This document shows positions 29,654-47,257 of a DNA stretch of 64,000 bases, one piece after another (the first letter of the stretch is position 1; every line of letters begins with the position of its first letter). A model generated the notes under the pieces. The model did no database searches. It was not told the DNA's origin and saw nothing but the letters and a program-made list of their open reading frames with translations. Position numbers and translations under genes: made by a program. This stretch comes from the human T2T-CHM13v2.0 reference genome, Homo sapiens. Where the stretch lies: the NCBI RefSeq assembly GCF_009914755.1, contig NC_060925.1, one strand, 5' to 3'.

Positions 29654-31902
29654 AAATATAAAATATTTTCCTATACAATTCAACATAATGATGTAATCTA
29701 AATTAAGTTGAACATATTAAATGTCCTAAATAGCACATGTTTCAAAGAAAAATTTTAACTTTATACTTTAGTCTTTTCTTTCATAGAAATGTGTTTTTGC
29801 AAATAGGTTAAATACAATAGAACATTAAAATTCTAATCTTATTTGCCAATCCTTAGGTTCCTGAGAATCAGCTCCTAAATAATAAGAAATAAAAGATCAT
29901 TCCTTTTAAAATTATGTGAGCATTTAAAATAATATTCATGTTTTAAAACTATACAATTAAGAAAAGTATGACTTGATTTTTAAGATAAACCCCTACCAAA
30001 ACCTTCTTTCCAAGGTCTCTCAAAATTACATTATAGTAAACTGTAAATCATATTTAAACTCTTAAGAAATCTCAAAACAGATTTTATCTGAATCTTTGAG
30101 GTAATTTCATAAAGCTGCAGTGCCCCCTGGTTGCTATTTTATCCACCATTTCTGGTCAGCCTCTGTCTGATACCACTCTATGAAATATTCTTAAGCCTGC
30201 ATATCAAAGAGGCTTCTAGAAATCAAACATGTTCCATTGAAATGAACCTATCTGGGATATAAATATTTTAAAACTTGGCAATAGTCTAACCATTGTAACA
30301 TTATAGCTGGAAACTGGTAATTTATTGCATTCTTATTTTTACTTTTTGTTTTTTGTTTTTGTATTGAAGTTAGTTGGCTTTAAGTTTTGGGTTTCATCTG
30401 AAAAGTAGTGTTTCCCCATTAGTTATAATTTCCATACTGAATAATATGGATTATCATAAATTTTAGACACAATGAAAATGCTAATAATTTTCAGAATAAT
30501 TCAAGATTTTTTGTTTTGTTTTGTTTTTTACTTTGAACATCTGTCTATATCCCTAGAAGACAAGAAAGATAAATATCACAAGTAAGGACTGATGATATGA
30601 GAAAATTTACCACTTTTTTAAAGTTGTGCATTAACAGTTGTATTGCTAACACAAATAATAAAATAATATAACTGATTAAGTAATATTATTAATTAAACAA
30701 ATAAAAAGCACACCCTTAATATGAATAAATTAATTAACCGATTTTAAAATTAATAGGGTTAACTATAAAGGTTATTGGAAAATGTGTTAATAAATCAATA
30801 TTTTCCAAAAAGATAGAATAAAAATATCAGATAAGTTATAACATTCAGTTTTCATATTAAACAAAGTAGTCCATTTATTAACATCTCAAATATGAAACAT
30901 AGGGTAAGAATAATTTCAGTAAACCTTAAGAAAACAAAAAAATGAAGGATCCAGTCAATGTTAAAACTATTTTCCCTATTATCTCAAAAATAGATTAGTT
31001 TCAAAAACAGAATTCAATCAATGACAGACAAAAATGGACTGTGGATCACTGTGTCAGGGACACCTACTTGAAACTTGAAATGTTCCTTTAGGAAGTATGC
31101 ACCTAATTAAATCAATATTAATGATATATTTTATTTTTTATTATAAATCATAACAAAAAATGTGCCAAGGTTGTGAAAACAACTCACTATTCAACACCAT
31201 TTTTTAGGTCCTTAGTAACTTTAATATTAGTTTCAACAACAAATTATACAAAGAATATTTACCGCTAAAAAAGTCACCACAGTTTAATTTAAAAAAACCA
31301 GCAAACCAAAATCCTAGTTAATAGGCTATTTTCTAATTTAACAATTTATACTACTGGGGCTGGTAAATCCTTTATTGAAAAACCTAAAACTAATCAAAAC
31401 TCACCTTGAAGACATTGATTAGGAATATTAATGATAACACCAAACTTATGTTATAGTTTAGCAGATACAAAGTAAAAAATTCTGAAGTGAAATTATTAAA
31501 TACAAATGAAATGCTTCACTAAAAATCTACATACTGTGTATAGTTTAAAGAAGGTTAAATTAAATTTTATAAACAAATTTCACTATGTGCATTTAGAAGA
31601 TTAAAAAAGAAAGCTTCCTACTTGAAGCATCAATTAATTAATATTCAAACCCTATTCCTGAATGTTGTATTTTCCTCCAGGGTTTCCTTAGGATGAAAAG
31701 GCAGTTGTTATACAAAAATGCTAACAAAGTGTTATGATAAACCTATCTGTGGGAATTCCTCAGTTGCTAGTACAAGAACAATTAGAAGAACTCATGTGAG
31801 CAGCTCTGCATCATTTCTTGGCTTCGACAAGCAGCAATGCATACAACATTTCAACAATATCCTCAGAGGGAGTAATTTCAGAAACAACTGGGAAATACTC
31901 AC

Positions 31903-32010
31903 CAAAGATGAAAGTCTGGCAGGAAAGTATTCCAACTCAGGAACTTGCAGCTCATAATTTGAGGCATGAAACATTTTTAGGAATTGTTTAACACTATAGC
32001 ATCAATAAGC
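31903..32010 (-). other. Candidate spliced exon (108 nt)
   Basis: Minus-strand acceptor actcattccccttttttaaAG/G and donor TTG/GTGAGT, in repeat-free DNA; ATG at 31974 reads 24 codons to the donor. Confidence 0.35.
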
Positions 32011-34539
32011 CTTTAAAAAAGGGGAATGAGTAATGCCTTCATCGTGACATTTATTGTTTCCAATTAATATATTATTCTTGTTTAAATCATGTTATTTATT
32101 TTGAAATACATACATAGAATAAGAGAAGAAAAAATGTAAGTTTTTTTTTTTTCCGTAAAAATCCAACTCAAGTCGTGAAACAAGACTGTAAAGCATAGTG
32201 GTATGGTTACAAACAAAGGACGATGGAAGTATAAAGGAAAAAATGAAGTGAAAAAGAATGCTTTTTATTAATCTGAATTATTCTGCTGATTTTTTAAACT
32301 ATCAATAGATTTGCTCATAAACTCCTGCCCCAAATGTCTCTGCTCCAGAATTTGCAACTTAACATCAGGAAAATCATCATCATGATCATAAGGTGAAAAT
32401 AATTTCATTTCACAGTGTGCAGTAATATATTTCATAGAAGATGAAATACAGGGTCAGCTTTATATTTTATCATGAAGAGAAAGATTCATAGACTCATAGA
32501 ATTTTAGATTGAAGGTCAAAGTCAGCATTAATGAGTAAGACTGGAGGTGTTAAAATGAGCTCTGAAGTGACCAAGAATATTATGCTTGCCAATTTTTTCA
32601 TCTCAGTTTTTAAAAACAATCTGATAATAAAGCCAATCTGTCAACTAATATCCCATAAACGTCAAAAGCTCAGTAGATAATACTAATTCACCTGAGCCCA
32701 TCTATTTAGGCCAAGAGCATGCTCAACTCTCTTGATGCTTAATAACTCAGACCTCTTAGTCAATAACCAGTATTCTAGATAAGGAGATAGAAAAATTAAA
32801 AAAAAGTTATTATCTTTCCGTGTCATGTTTTGTGTGACTGGCTTCCTGAAATGTTCTATTTGAAATGGTATATTTGTTTTTCATTTTAAAGTTCATTTAC
32901 ACAAAATTGCATCCACTATTTGTAATTTTCATTTTAATGATAACCTCTTCTATATTTATGCATTTCTCTTTGTCCTCTGTACCATCTCTCTCTGATCTTT
33001 TTTGACAGTGGATTAAGGTAGCCCACATTCTTGTTAACAGCAATAAGTGCTAAAGACACCTGAGGGCAGCTTCCTCCGTAAAGAGGAAGACTGTCCTAAC
33101 GTTTCAAATTGAAGTGAGAGAAAACTTAGATAATTCGTCTGCAATCCAACCAAGGTAGAACTGACTGACTCATCTTAGTGTTTGCTTAGAGTACTATATT
33201 ATTATCATTTCAGTTAAGATAGCATTCTTAAAGATTCGCTGAATCCAATATCTCTAAATGGCACTCATGCCTGTAAAATGTAATTTTATCTCTGGATATT
33301 AACTTAGTTTAATTTATTTCCCATAGCTTGTGGTCAGTAAAGGAAATATGTGTATTGCAATTTAGGTTTATAAGTACTTTGAATCAAATTCAATCTCATA
33401 AAACTATTATAAGAACATACCAGTCAGGTGGTGAATAGTTCACACAATTATTTTCAGTATCATCTGATATTTCAGTATCTGCATGAAATCAAATGGAATT
33501 TTAGTTTATCGTATATTCATCAGTTTTACTATTTAAACAATAAAAATTCAAACCTTTAATTAAAGAGCACAGAAGGAAAAACAACATGACTTTGGCTTAG
33601 GTTAGGGGTTCTGTTTTTGTGTTCAGAAATTCATTCTGGGGCTCCACTGTAAAATGCAAGAGCTAGGCAGTGGTCTTTTCAATCTGTGGGGCAAAAAATT
33701 AAGAGCATTTAGCAACTGTTTAGCTGATATCTGGGCAGAGGAGTGGGAAGAACTTGCTATGGAGATTATCACCTTTCCAAATACTTAATATATAGCACAA
33801 CACTACAGAAAAAGGAAAATCATGACACTAAAAATACTGATGTTTTGCTTTATTTTATAGTGAGCTTTGCTGTGACTTAACACTGCCAACTCAAAGGTAG
33901 AATAATTTATCAATATACGTTAACCAGTTTTGGAAATATGTAATGTCACACATTATTATAATAGCTAATGCTAATAATTTTTAAAAGCTTGTTTTTGGAG
34001 AGATGTCATTATATTCTAGGAAGATATGAATAATTAATTTTGCCCACTTATGTTTCAAAGTTTATTTTAGAAGATTACTTGGTTACAGGTAAATATTGTT
34101 GTATATCTCATTTTACTTGTTAAATGATGGCTTTTTCAATGGTGAAGAAAATACTCAACAGTCAATTGTGTTTCTTAGGGAAGAATAAGTTTAGGAGATG
34201 AATTAGATTGCTCTACAGGTAGAAAAACAAGGTGTACTCATACAGTTAAGATGCAAAGGTGTATATAAAAAGTTTAAAGAAAATTAGGAAGGGAGATAAC
34301 ACTAGTTAGAAGTTATTAAGGATATTTTTTAGGAGGGTGAGAGGGACTAAATTTTACCCAAAGTTTTAAAATAATTTTTCAGAGTGCAATTTCTAAATGT
34401 GAGTTAAATGGACTAGCCTGCATTATATACAGTTCATCTGTCAATGGGCTAAAAATTCTGAAGCTATTTTATGTATATTCTAAAATTAAGAAAGTAAATA
34501 AGTACTTTTTGGATATGAGAGCCAGGATTCTCAATATTA

Positions 34540-35891
34540 TAGAACAGAATTGCAAATGTGGAAAGGAAAAACAGGTCAGAATTAATATGATCCAGTTCGA
34601 TATAAATTAGAGGGATCATATGAACTTATGGTTAGATATATAATATCCCATTCTAATAAAAGAGAAGACGATAAATGGTTGAAAGATGATCCTAGAATAT
34701 TGTGGTGGCAAAAAATTAAAAAGTGCTCAAAAAGTGATGAAAACATGTCAAAAGGACAGGAAAGCCAGCTTGAAGAGGATCCCATTGCACCCACAAAATT
34801 ATTTTTGTTGCTCAAATCTGGTGAATATGAGCAACAATAATAATTATAGTGACATTATAATCCATAGAATAGGATTAGTGTGTATTAATTTGTAATCAAT
34901 CTACAAATAAATGGATATGGAGAATTTTTTGCAGAAAACATGATAAAAATAAAACAAAATATTATTTGGAGGCCACAAAAGCAGTAATTGTTCAGACAAC
35001 AATCATCAATGGATGCCACTATTAATGATATAATGATAAAAGAATGATAAAAGTAGAATATTTGCATAGTTTTTAAGAATCTTCCTGCAAGATGCTTATT
35101 AGTAATTTTACATTGGAGACAGAAGACAGACACCAAGTTAAGGAAGTCATCACATTTAATATTACCAGTAATGGAGCAACATAGTGCACCTTCTGACATG
35201 TTGTGGTTGAAAGAACACTGCAACATTCTGTGGCCCTCCTGGCAAATATCCAGGCAAATATCCAGGCAAATAGCCTAACCTGAATCTCATTACAAAGAAA
35301 ATCAGACAACTCGGAATATGGGGAAATCTACAAAATAATTGCCCTGAACTCTTCAAAAGTGTAAGATCACAAAGAAATGTAGGAGGAATATTCTAGATTA
35401 AATGAGACTAAAGAGACAAGACAAGTAAAGCAATATGTGGTACTGGATTGGATCACAGAATAATTGGTGGCATTTTAATGAGGCTTGTAGGTTATATAAT
35501 ATTATTATATTTTATTATATATATTATATAATATTATTATATTATTATATATATAATACAATATTAATATTGTTAAACTTATTATTAATTTTAATTTATT
35601 AAAAATTATTAAAATTATTAAAATTAATAAGTCACTTAATTTTCTGAAATTTTATAATTTTGCTGAGATTATGTACTACAATGTTCTGGGATTTTTTTTA
35701 GGAAATTACACCAAAGTATGTAGTGTTAAATGTCTTTGCAACTTACTCCTGAAATTAAAAAAAATATTGATGTCCGCAGAGTTAGAGAATGAGTGATTAA
35801 ACCAGTGTGGTGCCCTTAGCAAATCTAGGTGAACAGAATTTGTGCATGATTTCTGTTACTTTTATAAGTTGAAATTAGTTTCTAAAATAAA
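34540..35891 (+). mobile_element. L1MC4-like 3' end
   Basis: aagtgctcaaaaa.tgatg..aacatgtcaaaaggacaggaa.gccagcttgaag and aacctgaatctcat..gaaaatcagacaa; terminal aagttgaaatta.tttc.aaaataaa. Confidence 0.75.
35241..35272. repeat. 12-bp tandem repeat (GGCAAATATCCA) x2.7
   Basis: Perfect copies seen directly. Confidence 0.9.
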
Positions 35892-35899
35892 TTCCAGTC

Positions 35900-36090
35900 T
35901 TGGAAGAGTGGACTGGATTGGGTCATATTCTCTTGGCAGGGTGAGGGAGTGGCAGGAAAGGCCTGGATTGACAGGCTCTCCAGTGCCACAGAAACGGGGA
36001 AGGAGTAATCTCTGATGGAACACACGAGGGCATTTATCAAGGAGTCAGGCAAGTGATATCTGTCCGGTCAAAGAGCAGATGTCCCCCACA
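35900..36090. mobile_element. MLT1K/L-like LTR fragment
   Basis: ttgggtca..; terminal agcagatgtcccccaca resembles the MLT1K end. Confidence 0.5.
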
Positions 36091-37317
36091 GAGAGAGTTT
36101 CTTCATTTTAGTTATTCGATAAACATTTGCAAGATAAACTTGTAGACAAGATAAATAAATAAATTTATAGACCACATATATAGTTATAGTTTATTAAAAA
36201 AATAGAGTTGTAAAGAGTACTGATTTTTAGAGTTTTTATGTAAATTTAGCTTAAATTAAGATGAAGATTTTTTTGCTGTGACAGAAAACTCTGAGTTTGA
36301 CATAGGGCTGTTCAAACATTTTTATTGTGATTTTTGTGTCGAGAATAAAGGTGTGGCTACTGCAGTTCTTGCTGACAAAGTTTCGGTTGAGATAGCTAAT
36401 ATCTTTGATGACATAAACTTAAAAGGATTAGAAGACTGAACTATCGGACAAAAAATATAAAGGCTATGATAATAGAGATAAATATAATTATTGTTTTTAG
36501 GTTCAAAATAAATATTAAATAAGTACAGAAACAAGGATACCCACAAGGTCCTGATAAAAAGAGACTGAGAGAAGGAGAAGAGGTTTGAAGAGGCTAAATA
36601 TCCACACAGCTTCCTTTAAAATCCCTGCCCAAGATACAATCCATTTCTCTTTCTCTTATGTATATTCACGCCCTCCTGCATGACTGGAATAGCTCAGGAG
36701 AAGACTAATTTACAGAATGTACAGAAGAGTGATTTACAGACAAGAGAGTACTTTATTCACCTTAGCCTTTCTACCCACTTCATGGAAACGGTGTTTCAGA
36801 ATAGCTCTGTTTGCAACTGAGCTCAGTAGGGGCAAACATATCTTGCAGGTCTACTTTCTCTTGACCTTTCATGGACTGATGATTTAAGAGCTTCTATCAC
36901 ACCGGCTATCAAAGCAGGGGTATATATATTTGGATGAACATAACAAAATAGAAAAAAGTTTATATAATTTCTTCTCTTCCCATATTATTCCTTTACCTTA
37001 GCCCAGCATCTCCAAGGCCCACGAATATTTCTGAAGCAAGCAAGGGTGAATGTGTGGCAAACATCAGAGTAAGTACCCTCCAGACATTAGTATTTAGAAA
37101 TTATTGATGAGCAGATTCAGCTCTCAGCAGGAACATTGGGATGATTAGGAAACACCCCTCTCCACAACCCAATCAGATGGAGTGAGGTGTCTCTCAGAAG
37201 AGTGAAAGAGTAAGCCTATGAATGTGACCTTCAAACTAAAATCAGAAACAAATGTCTTTGTGAAACTCATCTCTAAACTCATCTTTTGGTTCTGAACTCT
37301 ACTGCTTAGCATTAAAA

Positions 37318-37434
37318 GAGTAAATGGGTGCAGCACACCAACATGGCACATGTATACATATGTAACAAACCTGCACGTTGTGCACATGTACCCTAGAACG
37401 TAAAGTATAATAATAAAAAATAAATAAAATAAAA
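37318..37434 (+). mobile_element. Severely 5'-truncated L1PA (PA4/5) 3' tail
   Basis: atgggtgcagcacaccaacatggcacatgtatac..ccctagaa + A-rich tail; probable TSD taaaagagt/taaaatagt. Confidence 0.92.
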
Positions 37435-38081
37435 TAGTGCCTGAATAAATCTGACAACATACTGATTAGAACTATGTATACTCATCCTAGTAACTAAAGA
37501 CTCACATTTCTTAAAGTCACATAATTCTAATGAAAACAATCAGATTATGTATTTTTCTTCTAGGAGGTGTAATAGCATCTTCATGGGAGAGTCCAAACTA
37601 ACATGACACTCCACAAGTTTCTTAAAATAAAAGATGAGGTAAATAAAAGATTATGTGGCTTGAAAATAAGCAATGATTGAAGAACTTTTGAGCTGAAACT
37701 GGATATTCAATAAAATTCAATGTAACTGAATTTCCATATTTCTCTGGTTGGATCTTCACATAGGCACCCAATGATGTGATGAAAATGTTATGCACACACT
37801 CACACACACACACACAGTGTTAGTATCAGATAATTCCATACAAAGGAAATCTTTGCCTTATCACACTAAAAGCAGACATCTAACCTGCTGCACTAGGCCT
37901 CTTTAAAGGCAGAAAATTCTGCTCCAGGCTACAGCTACTGGAAATAGTCCCAAGGTTCCTGCTAATAGCAGATTTTAGCAGAAAGCCTCTATTGGCATAT
38001 TTTAACCATTTGGGAATTATGTTAGTATTTCTTCTTATATTTTTTCTTCAATGTCGATTTTAACAGATGAAACTTATATTA

Positions 38082-38189
38082 ATACACATGCACACATATA
38101 TGTGCATGTATCTATATATATGTGTGTGTGTTATAGGTGTGTATGTATGTGGATGCGTATATATATGTGTATGTGTATATATATGTGTG

Positions 38190-38228
<39 letters not shown>

Positions 38229-38238
38229 GCACACACAC
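38082..38238. repeat. Compound (TG)/(TA)/(CA) microsatellite
   Basis: Directly visible. Confidence 0.95.
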
Positions 38239-41200
38239 AAAGTCTCATCCTGCCAGGCAGTGCCTTTTTCCAACCTAGTGTTTATTTGATATTCAAATTA
38301 GAAGAAAAGAAGGGGAGAAGTCTCTCTAACGCCCTAACCCATATGAACCACAGTATGTATTTCTATTTTGTGGAAGTGGAGATCTGTTAGACCCCAAGCA
38401 TTCTGGCAAACATTCGCTGATCTCCAAACCTGCAAGCATCCTGGTAAATGATCATTAGTTGTTATTTCAAACTTTTTCTCTGCTAAATCATAGGCCATAT
38501 TGTTTTATATTTCCTTAGATGTTGATACAATTCATCCTCATCTTTTCTTAGTTCTCCTTGTTTCCATATTTAGTCAGAACCACAGATTCTCACAGCCTCC
38601 TTCTCCCTCTCTCACTAGTGAAATGTCAAAAGTGGGAGAATATGAGTCACTAAAAGTAAACATTTAAGAGCTTGGCAAATCAATTTTCTATTTTTTTTTG
38701 CAAAGTTATGTTTCAACTGGAGTATTACTTACAGATAATAGCACTGTGGAGCTCTTCCGTTGAAAATCAATAGTGCAACATATTTGGTGACCATCTACAT
38801 TACTCCAACCAAACATCAACAGAGATGGAACATGGGGCATTGTAGGAAGATATTTTCCTAAATGAAAAAAATGGGACAGAAGATAATTAATGCCAATGCA
38901 ATCATTCTGTTTTCTGCTGTAAGCTTGTCAGGTTCCTCAAAGTTTATTTCTCTAAATATTCAGATACTCTGATTCAGTTTAAAGGTACAAAGGTAATTGA
39001 TACTGCAGATTGCTATTCAATAAGTAAGTTGAAAATCTATCACCTGACCACTTAAAGGCATTAACATTTTCTAAAAATTTAAGAAATAAATGCCTAATTT
39101 TGACCAAAGAGAGCTCATACTTATAAGCATAATTTTTACACATCTCAATCTTTGAAACCCATTTTTGTACCTTGGAGCTAATTATTGGAAATAAAATGAA
39201 TGCGTATAAGAAGGCAGATATTATTTTAACCAGATTCAATACAAAAGTCTGCTCAAATACATTAAAAATTGTTCCAACCCAAGAAAATACATCTAGAAAA
39301 TGAGGTAAGCAAAATTATGGTGAGAAAGGGTTATTTCTGGAATTACGTAACAATATGCTCTTGTTTTGCTTGTAAATAAAAGATAACATAGTACAGTTGA
39401 TGCTTGTTTAAACTTTGCACACAAATATGCAAGATGCCAACTGGATTCAATTTATCCTGTCCTAATTTGAATTAACTTGACGGGTCTTTTGACACATGCT
39501 GAACAGACTAATTGTTGCTTATTTGGGTGCACTGAATCAGTGAACAGTGCAATCAGAATCCAGGCAGATGTTCATAGTTTCTTTGATTGCCTGGAGCCTA
39601 AGGTTGAAAAAGAAGAAGGAGAATCAGTTTGCTGATTTACTTTTGTTAGTGTCTGTCAAGGCACAGTCTGCATTACAAATACAACAGTTAAAATAGGCAG
39701 ACTCTGCTAAAGAGTTGTGAAGAATCGATAGGAATACTAATTATAATTTTTTATCTTTTGACACATTTGAACTTGTATAGTTCCTGTAATCAGGTTTTGG
39801 CAGGGGTAAAATTGGCGCAACACATTTGTCTTCTTCTTCCCTTATTTTTTTCAATATTATAATCTGTTTTAATGTTGGTATTAATTTATTATGATCTGTT
39901 TCAAGAATACAGAAAGCTGTAGGGTAATAAAAAGACAATAAAAAGCTACCACCCTTACTGTCCACTTTGTCAAATTTTGTATTATGCATTATTTACTCTG
40001 TTTTTTTTTTAAAAAACTGGAATATTACAGATTCCATTGAATCCTCCAGTGAATGAGTGGGAGAGATAAATAGAGGTTAATAAATTCCATAAATTCTTTA
40101 AATTATTGTTACATAATTACATGTGTTCTCAAGAGTAGAATTGGGTACATCAATTAGAAAAATTTAACAACCGATCATATCAAAAGAGTAAAAGAAATCT
40201 AGAGTTAAGTAGCTCAGAGGTCGTAAAGTTACTTCTTAAAAATTGTCAGGGATCCATTTTCTCACATATTTCTGGTTTGTTTATGTTTTCTATTCTATGA
40301 TTTTGTGTTCTGCATGTCTTGTGTATTTTTGTATTGGATAGTCCATTACTTTATTTCAAATTGGCATGCAAAAATTCTTTACACATTTAGGATACCAAAC
40401 TTTTGTTGGTTTAATCTGTTGAAAATATCTTTTTACAGCCAATCACTGTTTTTCACATGTAAGTCCTTGCTGAGGAGACATTTTTTACTTTTAATGTCGT
40501 AGATTTTAATAATCATTTTCTTTTACTGCTGTGTTTTTCAGTCCTTCTTTAAACAAAAATATTTTTGGCCAAAAAATATTTCCAAATCAGAGGTCTTATA
40601 TATTTTCTTCTAAATGTTTCAAAGTTTGTTTTTCATCATTATAGTTTTTCGTACACTGAGAATTGATACTATGTATAAGATGTGATTTCAATTTTTCTTT
40701 GAATAGAAATAATAAATTATCTCATCACAATTTTGTCACTATTTCTCTTAACATAGTCTTTTTGCCTTCCTTTCTATCCTTCTCTCCTCAATTTCTTATT
40801 AGATATATGTGAGGTCTTCTCATTATTTTTCTACATATCTATTACTTTTATAAATTTTTCTCCTCATTTTACCTGTCTCTTCTTTAGTGTGTGTAATATT
40901 ATTCTATGAAAATACCCAAGAAATCAACAACCAGATTAACATATAGAACAGTACTAGCACCCAGGAAGCTCCCTACTTCCCATTCTCCGTTCACCCCCAT
41001 CTCCCACTGAGTAATCACTATGCTTAGTTCTATCACCAATGGTGAACTTTATATCAATTGATATGCACTCTTTTATGTTTGACGTATTTGAGATGAGTGA
41101 GATTCATCGATGTTTCTGCATGTAGCAACAAGTTGTTTACTTGTTTTCAAATATTCCATTAATGAGTGTACCGAATTTATTTATTAATTCTACAACATAT

Positions 41201-41562
41201 GCCCTCCCTACAAGTTTGAAAATATTACATTGTTGCTATGAACATTCTTTTAGTGTACATAGGTATGTGTTTCTGGTAGTTATATATCTAGGATGGGAAT
41301 TGTGAAATATTAGCATATCAATTAAAACAATCTTCCAAAGTAGTTTTACTAATTTACAATTCTATCAACAGTATATTACTCTTAACTAACAACGGATATT
41401 GTGGAATTTTTAAGATTATATAAGCTATTGTAGGGAGTATTCAAAAGTATCTTATCATACTTTTCATTTTCATTTCATTAATAGTAAATAAAATTGGTCA
41501 CCTTTTCATAAAATGGGTTATCTGCATATCTATTAAAATGCCTGTTTAAAATCTATAAAGAG

Positions 41563-41907
<345 letters not shown>

Positions 41908-42213
41908 TTATTAGTTTAGAAGAGACATGTATATCTTCTGAATGAGTAGTGTGTCAGATATTGCACGTCTTCTCCCCACTCTGAGATGTGCCTTTTAATT
42001 TCTTAATAATATCTTTATTAGGCAAACTTTCCTATTTCTTAACAAAGTCCAATTTATCAATATTTTTGCTAATGGTTTGAGCCTTTTACCATGTTTAAGA
42101 AATTTTTGCTTGCTCCAAGCCTATGGAGATATTCTCTAATGTTATATTGTAAGAGCCAGAGTTCATTTTTATTTAAAATTTGAGGCAAGGACCAAGATTC
42201 AATTTTTCCAATA

Positions 42214-42561
42214 CAGTCATTCCTCAGTACTAGTAGGGGATTGGTTCCAGGAATCCCCACAGATACTAAAAACCAAAGATGCTCAAGTCCTTATATAAAA
42301 TGAGTTAGTGTTTACATATAACCTGCGCACATCCTCCCATATACTTTAAATTATCTCTAGATTATTTATGATAATCTCATATTAGATTATAATATCAAAT
42401 ACAATGTCAATGCTATATAAATAGTTGTTATACTATATTTTTTTAATTTGTATTATTTTTATTGTTTTATTTCTATTTTTATTGTTTTTATCCCAAATAT
42501 TTTTTATTAGCTGTTAGATGAATTCTCAGGTTCAAAACCTCCAGATATGGAGGGTAGACTA
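42214..42561. mobile_element. MER2 (TcMar-Tigger) DNA transposon
   Basis: TA-cagtc..cctcagta..ggggattggttccagga; gatgctcaagtcc; terminal gatatggaggg..gact. Confidence 0.88.
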
Positions 42562-42759
42562 CATTGCAGTCAGTTGATCTGAAAAAGTATAAAAAGACTA
42601 TACTTTTTCCCCTGAAGTGTAGTGACTTCTTTCATAACTCAAGTAATTGTATATGTGTGAATCTGTTCCTGTACTCTGTACGCTATTCTATTAATGTATT
42701 TGCCTGCCCTTGTACAGCACCACAGGATGTTTACAGGCTCATCATGGAAAAACCACTCA

Positions 42760-43167
42760 ACTGACTCTCATCAAATTACTGAATGTGTCCAGCTTTAACA
42801 ATATAATCCATTAGGGTTCACTGGATCACCCTGGTTGGGGCAGTGAGAACTTGGGGAAGGGGATTGCCAAGGGTGTTAACTAGTCGCTGGCAGGAGGAGA
42901 AAGCTGGCAATCAGTGGGCTGTGTATGTGTGTGCATTTCAAGTTACAGAGTAGGTCCATGTGGGGGCATCTGAGGATCTGCACCTGCCCCAGCAGTATTG
43001 TCATGATAAAGATGGCACAGACTTCAACAGCAAATTAAAAGCCATCATGACAAGTAGAAAAGGTATGATATTTTAGTACCTATAATGACACTTTTTCCTT
43101 CTTTTTGAACATGGAATCTTGCATTTTCATTTTGAACTGGACTCCATGAATTATATACGCTGCCCTG
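42760..43167 (+). mobile_element. Zaphod/MER91-type hAT-Tip100 3' fragment
   Basis: catgacaagt..tattttagtacct..tttttgaaca..gcattttcattttg.actgg..aattat.ta..gccctg terminus; start approximate. Confidence 0.65.
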
Positions 43168-43323
43168 GTCTTTAACAGACATACAATTCATTTGTATCAA
43201 TTTCGATGAAATCAAATTGTTAATCTATTTTTTAAAATATTGACGTATAATTAACAATTGCCAATATGCCAATTATGTTTTTAATATCTTTAGGGCATAT
43301 AGTGGTGTCATATTTTATTTCTT

Positions 43324-46823
<3,500 letters not shown>

Positions 46824-46826
<3 letters not shown>

Positions 46827-47257
46827 AAGACCCGTCAGTGCGCTGTATTCAGGAAACCCATCTCACATGCAGAGACACACATAGGTTCAATATAAAGGGA
46901 TGGAGGAAGATTTACCAAGCAAATGGAAAACAGAAAATGGCAGGGGTTGCAATCCTAGTCTCTGATAAAACAGACTTTAAACCAACAAAGATCAAAAGAG
47001 ACAAATAAGGCCATTACACAATGGTAAAAGTATCAGTTCAACAAGAAGAGCTAACTATCCTAAATATATATGCACCCAATACAGGAGCACCCAGATTCAT
47101 AAAGCAAGTCCTTAGAGACCTAGAAAGAGAGTTAGACTCCCACACAATAATAATGGGAGACTTTAACACCCCACTGTCAACATTAGACACATCAACGAGA
47201 CAGAAAGTTAACAAAGGTATCCAGGAATTGAACTCAGCTCTGCACCAAGCAGACCTA
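46824..47257 (+). mobile_element. L1PA4-like element, inverted 5' segment (endonuclease relic)
   Basis: CIQETHL, NIYAPN and GDFNTPL motifs on +; GTC microhomology at the junction. Confidence 0.95.

Noticed and set aside
35495-35630. AT-only quasi-palindromic tract
   Set aside because: Low-complexity decay inside L1MC; self-complementarity is expected from composition
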